From an uncultured candidate division Zixibacteria bacterium (GTDB taxonomy: Bacteria; Zixibacteria; MSB-5A5; UBA10806; 4484-95), in contig CAXXKA010000001.1 in assembly GCA_963668625.2 (NCBI GenBank), forward strand, positions 1-64,000: 64,000 bases of DNA. Reading direction: 5' to 3'. Below, in pieces: positions 41,923 through 50,328 of this stretch; position 1 is the stretch's first letter; the number at the start of each line of letters is the position of its first letter. A program made the translations under genes and the position numbers. Under the pieces are notes generated by a model that did no database searches, was not told the origin of the DNA, and saw nothing but the letters and a program-made list of their open reading frames with translations.

Positions 41923-42417
41923 ATGAGAATATATTTAGTCCGTCATGGTCAGCCTAATTCCGCCGATATCGACCCGGCTAAAGGTTTATCCGAAAACGGT
42001 AGGGCCGAGATTACTCGTCTGGCCAATTCGATAAGGCATCTTAACATAAAGGTCGAAAATATTTATCACAGTAGTAAAACCCGCGCCTTACAAACCGCAA
42101 TGCTTTTGTCGAACGCGGTGAAATCCTCGGGAGGAGTAAGCCTTAAAGAGGGCATAACTCCTAATGATCCGGTCGAACCGATTGCCGCCGAGATAGAGGC
42201 CCTGGATCAGGATTTGATGATAGTCGGGCATCTGCCGTTCATGGGTCGTCTGGCCTCGATGCTTCTGATTAAGGATAATCACAAAAACCTGCTCGATTGG
42301 CACACCGGCAGTATGGCCTGTATAGAGTACGATGGTGGATCGTATATATTGCAATGGTTTATCAACCCGGATGTTGTAGTCGCCGATATTGCCGGGCAGT
42401 TCAAGTCTTATCATTGA
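41923..42417 (+). CDS. sixA: Phosphohistidine phosphatase SixA
   Basis: YLVRHG, SSKTRALQTA, MIVGHLPF. Confidence 0.85.
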   Translation: MRIYLVRHGQPNSADIDPAKGLSENGRAEITRLANSIRHLNIKVENIYHSSKTRALQTAMLLSNAVKSSGGVSLKEGITPNDPVEPIAAEIEALDQDLMIVGHLPFMGRLASMLLIKDNHKNLLDWHTGSMACIEYDGGSYILQWFINPDVVVADIAGQFKSYH

Positions 42418-42487
42418 GATATTACTCGCTTGACCGGGTAAGTATAAATAGTTACCATGATAATGAGATATATGTAAGGAGGAATGC

Positions 42488-42898
42488 GTGGTCTATGAAT
42501 TAAAAAAGATTGATCTTTGGAGCGCACTGAAAGTTTGTTTTTTGATCAGCCTTATTGGCGGAATAATCATTAGTATAATTTTCAGTATCTTTTTCATGAT
42601 TATTTTCGCAATTCCAGGCCAATTCGATAGATACGATTCATTCAGCGGGTCGGGATTAAATCCGGCCGCGTTCGGCGTTTTCGGAGGTATTATCATCGGT
42701 GTTCTCTATGGTTTTGCTTTCGTAGTAATAAACGGGATAATAACTCCCTTGATAACGGTACTTCTATATAACCTGGTAGCCGCTTGGGTAGGGGGGATCA
42801 AAATAAAACTGAACAAAATCGAAGAGGTAGCATACCCGGCTCAACCATCAACTGGGCAGATGCAGCAACCGGGAAATACTACAGGAGGAATCACTTAA
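42488..42898 (+). CDS. DUF3566-like membrane protein
   Basis: LKKIDLWSALKV...LYNLVAAWVGGIKI; AGGAGG RBS and GTG start. Confidence 0.7.
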   Translation: MVYELKKIDLWSALKVCFLISLIGGIIISIIFSIFFMIIFAIPGQFDRYDSFSGSGLNPAAFGVFGGIIIGVLYGFAFVVINGIITPLITVLLYNLVAAWVGGIKIKLNKIEEVAYPAQPSTGQMQQPGNTTGGIT

Positions 42899-42899
42899 A

Positions 42900-44348
42900 A
42901 TGTCTGATGTTCGTGTTCGTATCGCGCCATCACCCTCGGGCTACCTTCATATTGGTACGGCCAGAGCGGCGCTTTTCAACTGGCTGTTCGCCCGTCAAAA
43001 CGGCGGCAAGTTTCTTCTACGCATCGAGGATACGGATCAATCGAGATCATCGCAGGAGATGGTTGATGTTATAATAGAGAGTCTGAAATGGCTTGGGTTG
43101 GAATCGGATGAGCCGCCGGTTTTTCAATCGCAGCGGTTGGATATGTATAAAAAGTGCGCCGATCAGTTGCTGGAAAGCGGCCATGCTTACAGGTGTTTCT
43201 GTAATCCCGATGAGCTTAAAGCCAAACAAGAGGCCGCCCGGGCGGAGAAACGCAATCCGCGCTATGATAGAACCTGTATGAATCTTTCAGAAGCCGAGAT
43301 ACAGAATAACCTCGATGATGGTAAACCGTTCGCGATCAGGTTGAAACTTCCCGAGGGCGAGACGACTTTCAACGATTCGGTAGTAGGGGAGACCTCAAAA
43401 AAACACGAGGACCTCGATGATTTCATAATCTGCCGTCGCGATGGCCGGGCCGTATATAACCTGGCGGTTGTCGTGGATGACCATGAGATGGGAATCAGCC
43501 ATGTGATACGGGGTAACGATCATATCTCGAACACGTTCAAGCAGATTCTTATCTACAAGGCTTTAAATTACGAATTGCCACAGTTTGCGCATGTGCCGTT
43601 GATTCTCAATAAGGGCAAGTCCAAGATGTCCAAGCGGGATGGCGCGGCGGCGGTTACCGATTACGCCAAGCTGGGATATCTCAAGGAGGCGGTGGTTAAT
43701 TTCATCGCGCTTCTGGGGTGGTCGCCGGGGGATGACCGTGAGGTGATGAGTTTGCAGGAGATGATCGACTCGTTCGATCTTGGGCGTATCAATAAAGCCA
43801 ATGCTGTTTTCGATATGGACAAACTCACCTGGATGAATGGAGAGTATATCAGGAACACCGACACCTACAAGCTGGTCGATATGCTTCGTCCTTACCTGGT
43901 GGAACCCGGGCTGGTGACGCAGCTTTTTATCAACACTCGCTGGGATTTCATGATGAGTTTCGTGGATATGATGAAAGAACGATGCAAGCTTCTGACCGAT
44001 TTCGCCGAGCAGGGAAGTTATTTCTTTACTGATAAATTCGATTACGAGGAGAAGGGTGTTAAAAAGCATTTTGCGGCTCCCGAATCCAAAGATTTAATTA
44101 ACCAATGGGTTGATATCCTTAAGGGCATAGATTCCTGGAATAAGGATAATATCGAACAAGCTTTACGGGATTTATCCGATAAGTTGAAGGTAAAACCGGC
44201 CATGTTGATACATCCAACCAGGCTGGGAATATCCGGCACTACCAAAGGGCCATCACTTTTTGACATGATGGAGCTTTTGGGCAAGGATGCTTGTGTAAGC
44301 CGGATGTCAAGGGCTCTTGATTTTGTTAATACTTTGGAGGTTAAATAG
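42900..44348 (+). CDS. gltX: Glutamate--tRNA ligase
   Basis: RIAPSPSGYLHIG (HIGH), LRIEDTD, HVIRG.DH, KMSKR. Confidence 0.97.
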   Translation: MSDVRVRIAPSPSGYLHIGTARAALFNWLFARQNGGKFLLRIEDTDQSRSSQEMVDVIIESLKWLGLESDEPPVFQSQRLDMYKKCADQLLESGHAYRCFCNPDELKAKQEAARAEKRNPRYDRTCMNLSEAEIQNNLDDGKPFAIRLKLPEGETTFNDSVVGETSKKHEDLDDFIICRRDGRAVYNLAVVVDDHEMGISHVIRGNDHISNTFKQILIYKALNYELPQFAHVPLILNKGKSKMSKRDGAAAVTDYAKLGYLKEAVVNFIALLGWSPGDDREVMSLQEMIDSFDLGRINKANAVFDMDKLTWMNGEYIRNTDTYKLVDMLRPYLVEPGLVTQLFINTRWDFMMSFVDMMKERCKLLTDFAEQGSYFFTDKFDYEEKGVKKHFAAPESKDLINQWVDILKGIDSWNKDNIEQALRDLSDKLKVKPAMLIHPTRLGISGTTKGPSLFDMMELLGKDACVSRMSRALDFVNTLEVK

Positions 44349-44380
44349 TTAGGCGGATGATTAAAATCCTAAAAATCTGC

Positions 44381-44410
44381 TTGACTTTAGCGCAAATTTG
44401 ATTATTTAAT
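44381..44410 (+). promoter_or_regulatory. Sigma70-like promoter for hairpin RNA and tRNA-Gln
   Basis: TTGACT-N18-TTTAAT. Confidence 0.55.
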
Positions 44411-46000
44411 AGGTGAGTGTCTTTTGAAGGCCAGTTGCAGCGTATATCCCCCCCATTGAGTTGCATTGCCTGTCGGGAGACATTCTTCTACTCTCTGGGG
44501 TATCGTCCAATGGTAGGACAGCAGACTCTGGATCTGTTGATCGGGGTTCAAATCCTCGTACCCCAGCTTTGACTCGAAAGTGTGCCTTTCCGCCAAAATG
44601 TGGAAAGGCTTTTTGTATGTGGGATATAGAGTTCCGTGGAAAATAGTACAGTTCGAAAGTATAATATTCAGTAGTTTCCGCTGTTCATGCCTATTTTTAC
44701 CTAAGTATTTGGTATATGCATTGTTAGCGAGTTCTAAAATTTTTATACCTGTCTCAAAGTAATTCACGTCAGCATTATTATGAGCTTCCACTTTGCTGGC
44801 GATTTCGACTAATTCATTTTGCCATTCTAATGATTTTCGCTCCCAGAAGCTCTCAGATATCACTCCTGATAGTTTATCCTCATAAGCTTTATCAATAAGC
44901 CCCTGGATGTGCTTAGCACGCTTATTTAAAGTCTTTAGAGCTTTGTTGTGATAGTCAATTTTGTCTTTGTGGCTGTCCCTTAAAGCCTTCTTGATATCCG
45001 CAACCAGGTTGTCATCAATTTCTATTCTCTTTACAACATCAGCCAGCAGTTCAGCCAATTTTTCTTCCCGAATATAAGTATTTCCGCATTTTCCCTTGAA
45101 ACCGGTACAACGGTAATAAATATATTTGCCCTTTTTTAGTTCAGGTGTCATTGCGCAACCACACTTATCGCATTTTAATAGACCGGCAAAAGCAAAATTC
45201 CGTTTTGTCTCCTTGGGATGATTTGTCCCCTCAAGTACAGCCTGAACCTGATCAAAAAGCTTTTTAGTGATTATAGGCTGATGTTTACCCTGATATCGCT
45301 TGCCTTTCCAGAGTATTTCACCGTAGTAAATCGGATTTTGCAAAATCTTATGAATTCCAGATTTACTGATAAATGTAGTTTTATTTGTGCAGAATCCAGC
45401 TTCTCTGGCAACATCCATTAGCATTTGTAACGAATAATTGCCAGTTGCATATAATTCAAACAGCTTTCTAACCAGGGGAGCTTTGAGTTCATCGATATCG
45501 AGCAGATGCGTACTTTTATTAGATTTATAGCCAACCGGTGCTTTTGTCGGCCATTCGCCTTGAGCCGCTTTTTCGGTAAGTCCCTTTTTGACTTCCTCAG
45601 ATAGGTTGTCGATATAGTTTTTCGCCATTAGTACTTTGATACCATGCAGGAATTTCTCGGAAGAATGGGAGTTTTGCGAAATTATACAACCTTCTTTTAC
45701 AAAATGTATTTCAATGTTAAGTTCATCAAGAGTAATCCAGTCCCTGATATTTCGATATAGACGGTCAGTCTTTTCAGCCAAAACGATATTGCAGGTTTTA
45801 TTCGATTTGAGGAATTTGAGCATTTTATTAAAACCGGTTCGGCCAGTAGATTTAGCAGTCTCGATATCTTTAAATTCCTCAGCTAAAACAATACCTTTCT
45901 CTTGAGCGTAATTCCTCAAAAGCTTTAACTGAGAGGGGATAGAGAAACCTTCCTGCTCCTGCTCTTTTGATGATACTCTGGCGTAAATAACGGCTTTCAT
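44402..46000 (-). CDS. Large serine recombinase (integrase)
   Basis: YARVSS catalytic motif, DRLYR, APVGY, ILQNPIYYG, H.PII, FAGLLKCDKCG..YYRC..C Zn ribbon, coiled coil; last 54 aa antisense to tRNA and leader. Confidence 0.93.
   Translation of the reverse strand: MKAVIYARVSSKEQEQEGFSIPSQLKLLRNYAQEKGIVLAEEFKDIETAKSTGRTGFNKMLKFLKSNKTCNIVLAEKTDRLYRNIRDWITLDELNIEIHFVKEGCIISQNSHSSEKFLHGIKVLMAKNYIDNLSEEVKKGLTEKAAQGEWPTKAPVGYKSNKSTHLLDIDELKAPLVRKLFELYATGNYSLQMLMDVAREAGFCTNKTTFISKSGIHKILQNPIYYGEILWKGKRYQGKHQPIITKKLFDQVQAVLEGTNHPKETKRNFAFAGLLKCDKCGCAMTPELKKGKYIYYRCTGFKGKCGNTYIREEKLAELLADVVKRIEIDDNLVADIKKALRDSHKDKIDYHNKALKTLNKRAKHIQGLIDKAYEDKLSGVISESFWERKSLEWQNELVEIASKVEAHNNADVNYFETGIKILELANNAYTKYLGKNRHEQRKLLNIILSNCTIFHGTLYPTYKKPFHILAERHTFESKLGYEDLNPDQQIQSLLSYHWTIPQRVEECLPTGNATQWGGYTLQLAFKRHSPIK
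44415..44485 (+). ncRNA. Putative structured RNA (long G-U-rich hairpin) upstream of tRNA-Gln
   Basis: GAGTGTCTTTTGA/TCGGGAGACATTC, AGGC/GCCT and TGCAGC/GTTGCA stems; C7-containing loop. Confidence 0.5.
44496..44566 (+). tRNA. tRNA-Gln (anticodon CTG), no encoded CCA
   Basis: Cloverleaf TGGGGTA/TACCCCA, GTCC/GGAC, GCAGA-CTCTGGA-TCTGT, CGGGG-TTCAAAT-CCTCG. Confidence 0.95.
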
Positions 46001-46004
46001 CAGC

Positions 46005-46166
46005 TTACTTAATCCTCTTTTTATCGATATCTTTTATCACCAGGGTGCGTACGTATTCTTGAATACTTTTACCCTCAAGCGCGCTGATAGCTTTAAGCTG
46101 CTTTCGTTCATCATCTGTAAATCTGATATGAACCATCTTGTTTAAATTCCGTTTTCGATCTTTCAT
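46005..46166 (-). CDS. Ribbon-helix-helix DNA-binding protein (53 aa)
   Basis: MVHIRFTDDERKQLKAISALEGKSIQEYVR pattern; directly upstream of the integrase. Confidence 0.7.
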   Translation of the reverse strand: MKDRKRNLNKMVHIRFTDDERKQLKAISALEGKSIQEYVRTLVIKDIDKKRIK

Positions 46167-46338
46167 GATATATATATAACCACAATACATAAAGTTGTCA
46201 ATAATTAAAATCACCGTACATGGTTGGACATAGTTTTCTATATAGACTAATAAGAATTCTGCAAAGATAGAAAATATAATAAAAAACCTTGTCCAACTGT
46301 GTACTATGTCCCAATGGCAATGAATCAGCATTCCATCA

Positions 46339-48474
46339 TCAAGAGTCATTTAATGCTATTCCTCTATATGTTATCGGTTTAGTACCTGTTGTCTGTCGAT
46401 ATTTTGTTAAACCTCGCTCAATCAATAAGCGGCCAAATTGCGTGCTTGTTACAATCTTTTCGTTATTTGATTCAGCCCAAAATTTGTATTCACTATAGAG
46501 TTCTTTGGCTGTAACTTCCATTTTTAAACCTAAAATGCAACGTTCTTCAATAAATCCAGCTAAAATGTCCATTTCTGAACGATAAGAACTGGTAGCAACT
46601 AATACATCATCGGGCGGTTTAAATCCTTCTTTTTGCCACATTAAACATCCCTCAATAGCCCAATTTAATATTGCTGGGAGTTCTTTTTTTAGCTTTTGAA
46701 ATAATTCTTTATCAACAAGGTGATCGGGAATAGTGAATCTGAATGGGATCAATCTAATTCTTCTCCAAATTGCATCATCAGTACCTCTAATAACAGGTTT
46801 GTGGTTCGTGCTAAGCCACACTTTGCAAACTGGATTAAACTCAAAGAATTCGCCATGTAAAAACCGTGCTGTAATTCTATCACCTCCGGTTATTTGTTTT
46901 ATAAATGCTTCAGACAAATATCTTCCCTGATCCGTCTCTGATGCCGATACAAGTCTAATCCCATGCAATCGTGCGACATCGTTTGGAATACCTTGATTAT
47001 TTTTAACTAATAAAGTATCTGTTGGAGTTTGAGATGCATAGTCTCCTAATAATGACATAATTATATTTAAAAATGTAGATTTTCCATTATTACCTTCTCC
47101 AAATAAAATAAAAAAGCACTGTTCCGAAATACTTGCTGTCATAGAGTATCCAACAGCTTTTTGTAAAAAACCGATTAACTTATTATTATCCTGTAAAATT
47201 GTAGATAAAAAGTCATTCCAGAGGTTGCTTTTTAAGTTGGGGGTGAACTCGATTTGACTTATTTTGGAGAGCATCTTTGTTCGTTCATGCTGAAGAAGAT
47301 TACCGGACTTTAAATCTATTATACCATTTGCACAATTAAATAAGAAAGGTTCTTTATCAAACTTTTGCTGAGTAACTGGCTGCAATGCTTTGGCTTCTTC
47401 TAACATACCCGATATATGACTGTGTGACTGGAAAGATAGAGATTTTTTCTTCATTTTTTGTCGATATTCTTCATCGCTAATTTTAGTTGATTCTGTCAAT
47501 AGCAATTCAGCTATAGAATGAGCATAAGTTCTGATTTTCTTTGCATCGTCTTTAAACCATCTTTTTCCATCCCATATAAACCATTTCCCATTGTCAGTAC
47601 AATATAGGATGTCTTTTCCGAAAAGATGACTTAACCTTTTAGCATTCCCCAAATCAGACAAGTCAAAAATCTGCTCATCAGTTTGTGATTCCGGGAAATT
47701 AGGTTTCGGCGGATAATTGCAAACGCTTTTAGCAATTCGCCTCAAATCGCGATCATCCTTCGGTGGCGAGCAATTGCTATTTAAACTTTGTAGTGAAATA
47801 TAAATATCTTCCTCACCTAATCCTTTTGATCTAAGTTTGCCTGCTTCGGATGTTAGCCAATTATCGCGACGGCCTTTCAAAATTATTCCTTTCTTATTAT
47901 CATCATGCCGTTTCGAGCTTTTTAACAATTGTTCAAGCTCAGATGGAAGCATAGCAATACTCACATCCTGGGGATGATTATCTTTTTGCCAAACATATTT
48001 CCCCCCATTCGGGTGAATACTACCAGGCAAAGCTACGTAGCCATTTGAACGAACGTCAATGCCTGTTGGTAATTTACCGGTGGAATTACTTGGCTTGAAA
48101 TTACTGGGACGTTTGAAATAAATATGTTTACCACCCGTAGGTGTGTTACTTATAACAGTATTACTATACTCAATATTTAATTCCGCGCATAATATCTGCC
48201 AGGCTTTAACACCATCAATACCGTTTTTTACATCCAGGTCAAATACTACTAATCCAGTTTTTTTGCAATCTAATCCCCAATTCGCATTTGGATACATCTT
48301 ATGCCATCGTTTTATTTGCTCAGGATCATTTGTTGAATTTTTAAATCCTTTCTTTGTTAAAGGTGTTTTTTCGCCAGGATTTAGAGGGAATATAAACCCT
48401 CCCCATTTGATAAATTGCAAAAGTGTATCCAGAGTGATTGTCTGGGCTTTATTATCTTTTGTCAGAGTTTTCAT
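46339..48474 (-). CDS. Bifunctional Prim-Pol primase fused to D5/P4-type SF3 helicase
   Basis: IFPL..K.P, NWG, VFDLD, TPTGGKHIYF, GIDVR...YV.LPGS.HP; PriCT-like 'GRRDN.L'; SDLGNA D5_N; GEGNNGKST, KQITGGD, TNHKP, DAIWRR. Start 48474 preferred over 48573. Confidence 0.9.
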   Translation of the reverse strand: MKTLTKDNKAQTITLDTLLQFIKWGGFIFPLNPGEKTPLTKKGFKNSTNDPEQIKRWHKMYPNANWGLDCKKTGLVVFDLDVKNGIDGVKAWQILCAELNIEYSNTVISNTPTGGKHIYFKRPSNFKPSNSTGKLPTGIDVRSNGYVALPGSIHPNGGKYVWQKDNHPQDVSIAMLPSELEQLLKSSKRHDDNKKGIILKGRRDNWLTSEAGKLRSKGLGEEDIYISLQSLNSNCSPPKDDRDLRRIAKSVCNYPPKPNFPESQTDEQIFDLSDLGNAKRLSHLFGKDILYCTDNGKWFIWDGKRWFKDDAKKIRTYAHSIAELLLTESTKISDEEYRQKMKKKSLSFQSHSHISGMLEEAKALQPVTQQKFDKEPFLFNCANGIIDLKSGNLLQHERTKMLSKISQIEFTPNLKSNLWNDFLSTILQDNNKLIGFLQKAVGYSMTASISEQCFFILFGEGNNGKSTFLNIIMSLLGDYASQTPTDTLLVKNNQGIPNDVARLHGIRLVSASETDQGRYLSEAFIKQITGGDRITARFLHGEFFEFNPVCKVWLSTNHKPVIRGTDDAIWRRIRLIPFRFTIPDHLVDKELFQKLKKELPAILNWAIEGCLMWQKEGFKPPDDVLVATSSYRSEMDILAGFIEERCILGLKMEVTAKELYSEYKFWAESNNEKIVTSTQFGRLLIERGLTKYRQTTGTKPITYRGIALNDS

Positions 48475-48593
48475 GATCAAACCCTTGTTTTTTATTCTCC
48501 GATTCATCCTGATCCCATTCATGTAGCAAGTCGAAAAAAGCGCAGATATTATCTCGCGATTCTTTATCCGCAAGGATTATGGATTCTGGTTGA

Positions 48594-48863
48594 TTAATAA
48601 CTGTTTTTTCCATCCTGCACCTGATCGACTTTATATCTCAATTCCCGGAAAGCCTGGGAATAACTTCGAGGCTCCACAAGAGCATTACCGGCTATAAAAT
48701 TATCGATTTCTGTTTTAGCTTGTTCAGCGGAAAAGTGGAAAATGCCGAACCGTCCCGACCGCTCAACTTTTAGTAAATCAATCCCCCTGGCAGTTAGATA
48801 AGCGGCTAATTGAAGATTGTCTGTTTGGAAAACATGCCCATTATTATTCTCTACTTTACTCAT
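48594..48863 (-). CDS. DUF5659-like small protein
   Basis: FQTDNLQLAAYL..G..L...F.F...VEP..Y...R.L pattern. Confidence 0.6.
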   Translation of the reverse strand: MSKVENNNGHVFQTDNLQLAAYLTARGIDLLKVERSGRFGIFHFSAEQAKTEIDNFIAGNALVEPRSYSQAFRELRYKVDQVQDGKNSY

Positions 48864-48977
48864 GCAATATATTTAACGCTAAGCCACGCTATTAATCAAA
48901 CCAGTAAAAGTGATTTTACGTATAAAACAAATGTAATTATACTTCTTGTAACTTATTGTAATATAATGGAATATACG

Positions 48978-50144
48978 TTAAGGTGACTTTGATAAAATAT
49001 CTTTAATTGTTATTGCCGCAAGACCATGTTTTTTGGCAAGCTTATTATAAATCCAAGTATCTGTCTTACCATTTTGATGGTACTTTTTATATTCAGCATG
49101 GATTTTGGTATTTCTTTCTTTCGTTGTTTTGCTTTGTCCTTTTCTACTGGATTCGCTTTTTTTTCGGGCCGCTTTCCGCTTGACTATGATATCTCGCATA
49201 TTTACCGGCAATCTATTTAATGCTTCCATCAAATCAATAGAGTATTGATAACCGTGGAAACCCTCAATCTCTTTATCCCAAGTATATCTAAATTTCTCTG
49301 GAAGTTTACCAATATCTAAACTGAAGTATTCTCGTTCAAAATCGTCCTTTATTACTCTAATTTTGCTATTGATATTTTCTGCATCGGCTAATCCAATAGG
49401 CACATTGGAGTTAAAATCAAAATCTACTCTTGATAAATTTCTAATAACAGATTTTGATTTATCAATAATGAAATCTATATCAGCTTCAGGATTATTTTTA
49501 AGTTCGCTGCTGATTTTTAGAAGAATGAAAAACGATAAAGGGTCTAAATAAGTCGAATACAATTCAGCACTATTACTAATGCCAATATTATATAGTAATT
49601 TAAAGAATCTATAAGTGTATTTATCTATTAGTATTTCTAAATTCATTATATTATCATATTCGCCAAATTCCTCATAATAAGCTATTCTGTGGATTAAGAA
49701 ATTTATTAAATTTTCTAATTGTGTTTTTATCTTGTTTTGCAATATTGCTAAAGAATCTTCATCGGGCTTAACGGTCAATACTGATTTTGGCAACACAAAA
49801 TCCCTAAACCGGTTTAAGTATTTTTCATTGTAGATAGCTGCGATATCAGAAACACATTTCTCAGCCCATTCATTAATTTCATCGAATAATATTTCAAGCT
49901 GTTTGAGTGTGTATGCTTTTGGGTGAAATTGATCGATAGTCGATTTTTTTACATACTTGTTGCTAATAATGGTATAGCGAAGACCGCGATCCCTATATGC
50001 AATATAAAGCGGGTGTTGTGGTTTCTCAAACTTCGTTAATTTTTTTGATAATATCTTTATCCCATCGGACAGATGATCCTTCAATAATGAGATATTATCC
50101 GGATTGATGGCTAATATTTTATGTTGTTTAGGCTGTTTTTCCAT
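48978..50144 (-). CDS. Hypothetical protein with C-terminal HTH-like segment
   Basis: 388-aa ORF; ERN..I..EY...LAKKHGL...TIKDIL at C-terminus. Confidence 0.6.
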   Translation of the reverse strand: MEKQPKQHKILAINPDNISLLKDHLSDGIKILSKKLTKFEKPQHPLYIAYRDRGLRYTIISNKYVKKSTIDQFHPKAYTLKQLEILFDEINEWAEKCVSDIAAIYNEKYLNRFRDFVLPKSVLTVKPDEDSLAILQNKIKTQLENLINFLIHRIAYYEEFGEYDNIMNLEILIDKYTYRFFKLLYNIGISNSAELYSTYLDPLSFFILLKISSELKNNPEADIDFIIDKSKSVIRNLSRVDFDFNSNVPIGLADAENINSKIRVIKDDFEREYFSLDIGKLPEKFRYTWDKEIEGFHGYQYSIDLMEALNRLPVNMRDIIVKRKAARKKSESSRKGQSKTTKERNTKIHAEYKKYHQNGKTDTWIYNKLAKKHGLAAITIKDILSKSP

Positions 50145-50328
50145 TGAGCAATGTCTTTACTTTTCTATTCAATCAGGTACTATTCTGGCTTTTATTTAAC
50201 ATCAAGAATTAATAATGTCAACTATCATCTGTATTCGAGTGGCTTGTTTAACCTGATTTCCCGCTTGCCATCTTAGACTATAGCTCCTATATTAACATCT
50301 ACGCATATTTAACCAGTTCGGGGGTCGA

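Noticed and set aside
46167-46349. N-terminal 61 aa of the 114-aa ORF 46005-46349
   Set aside because: It overlaps the promoter-like AT-rich region; the RHH-like domain starts at ATG 46166.
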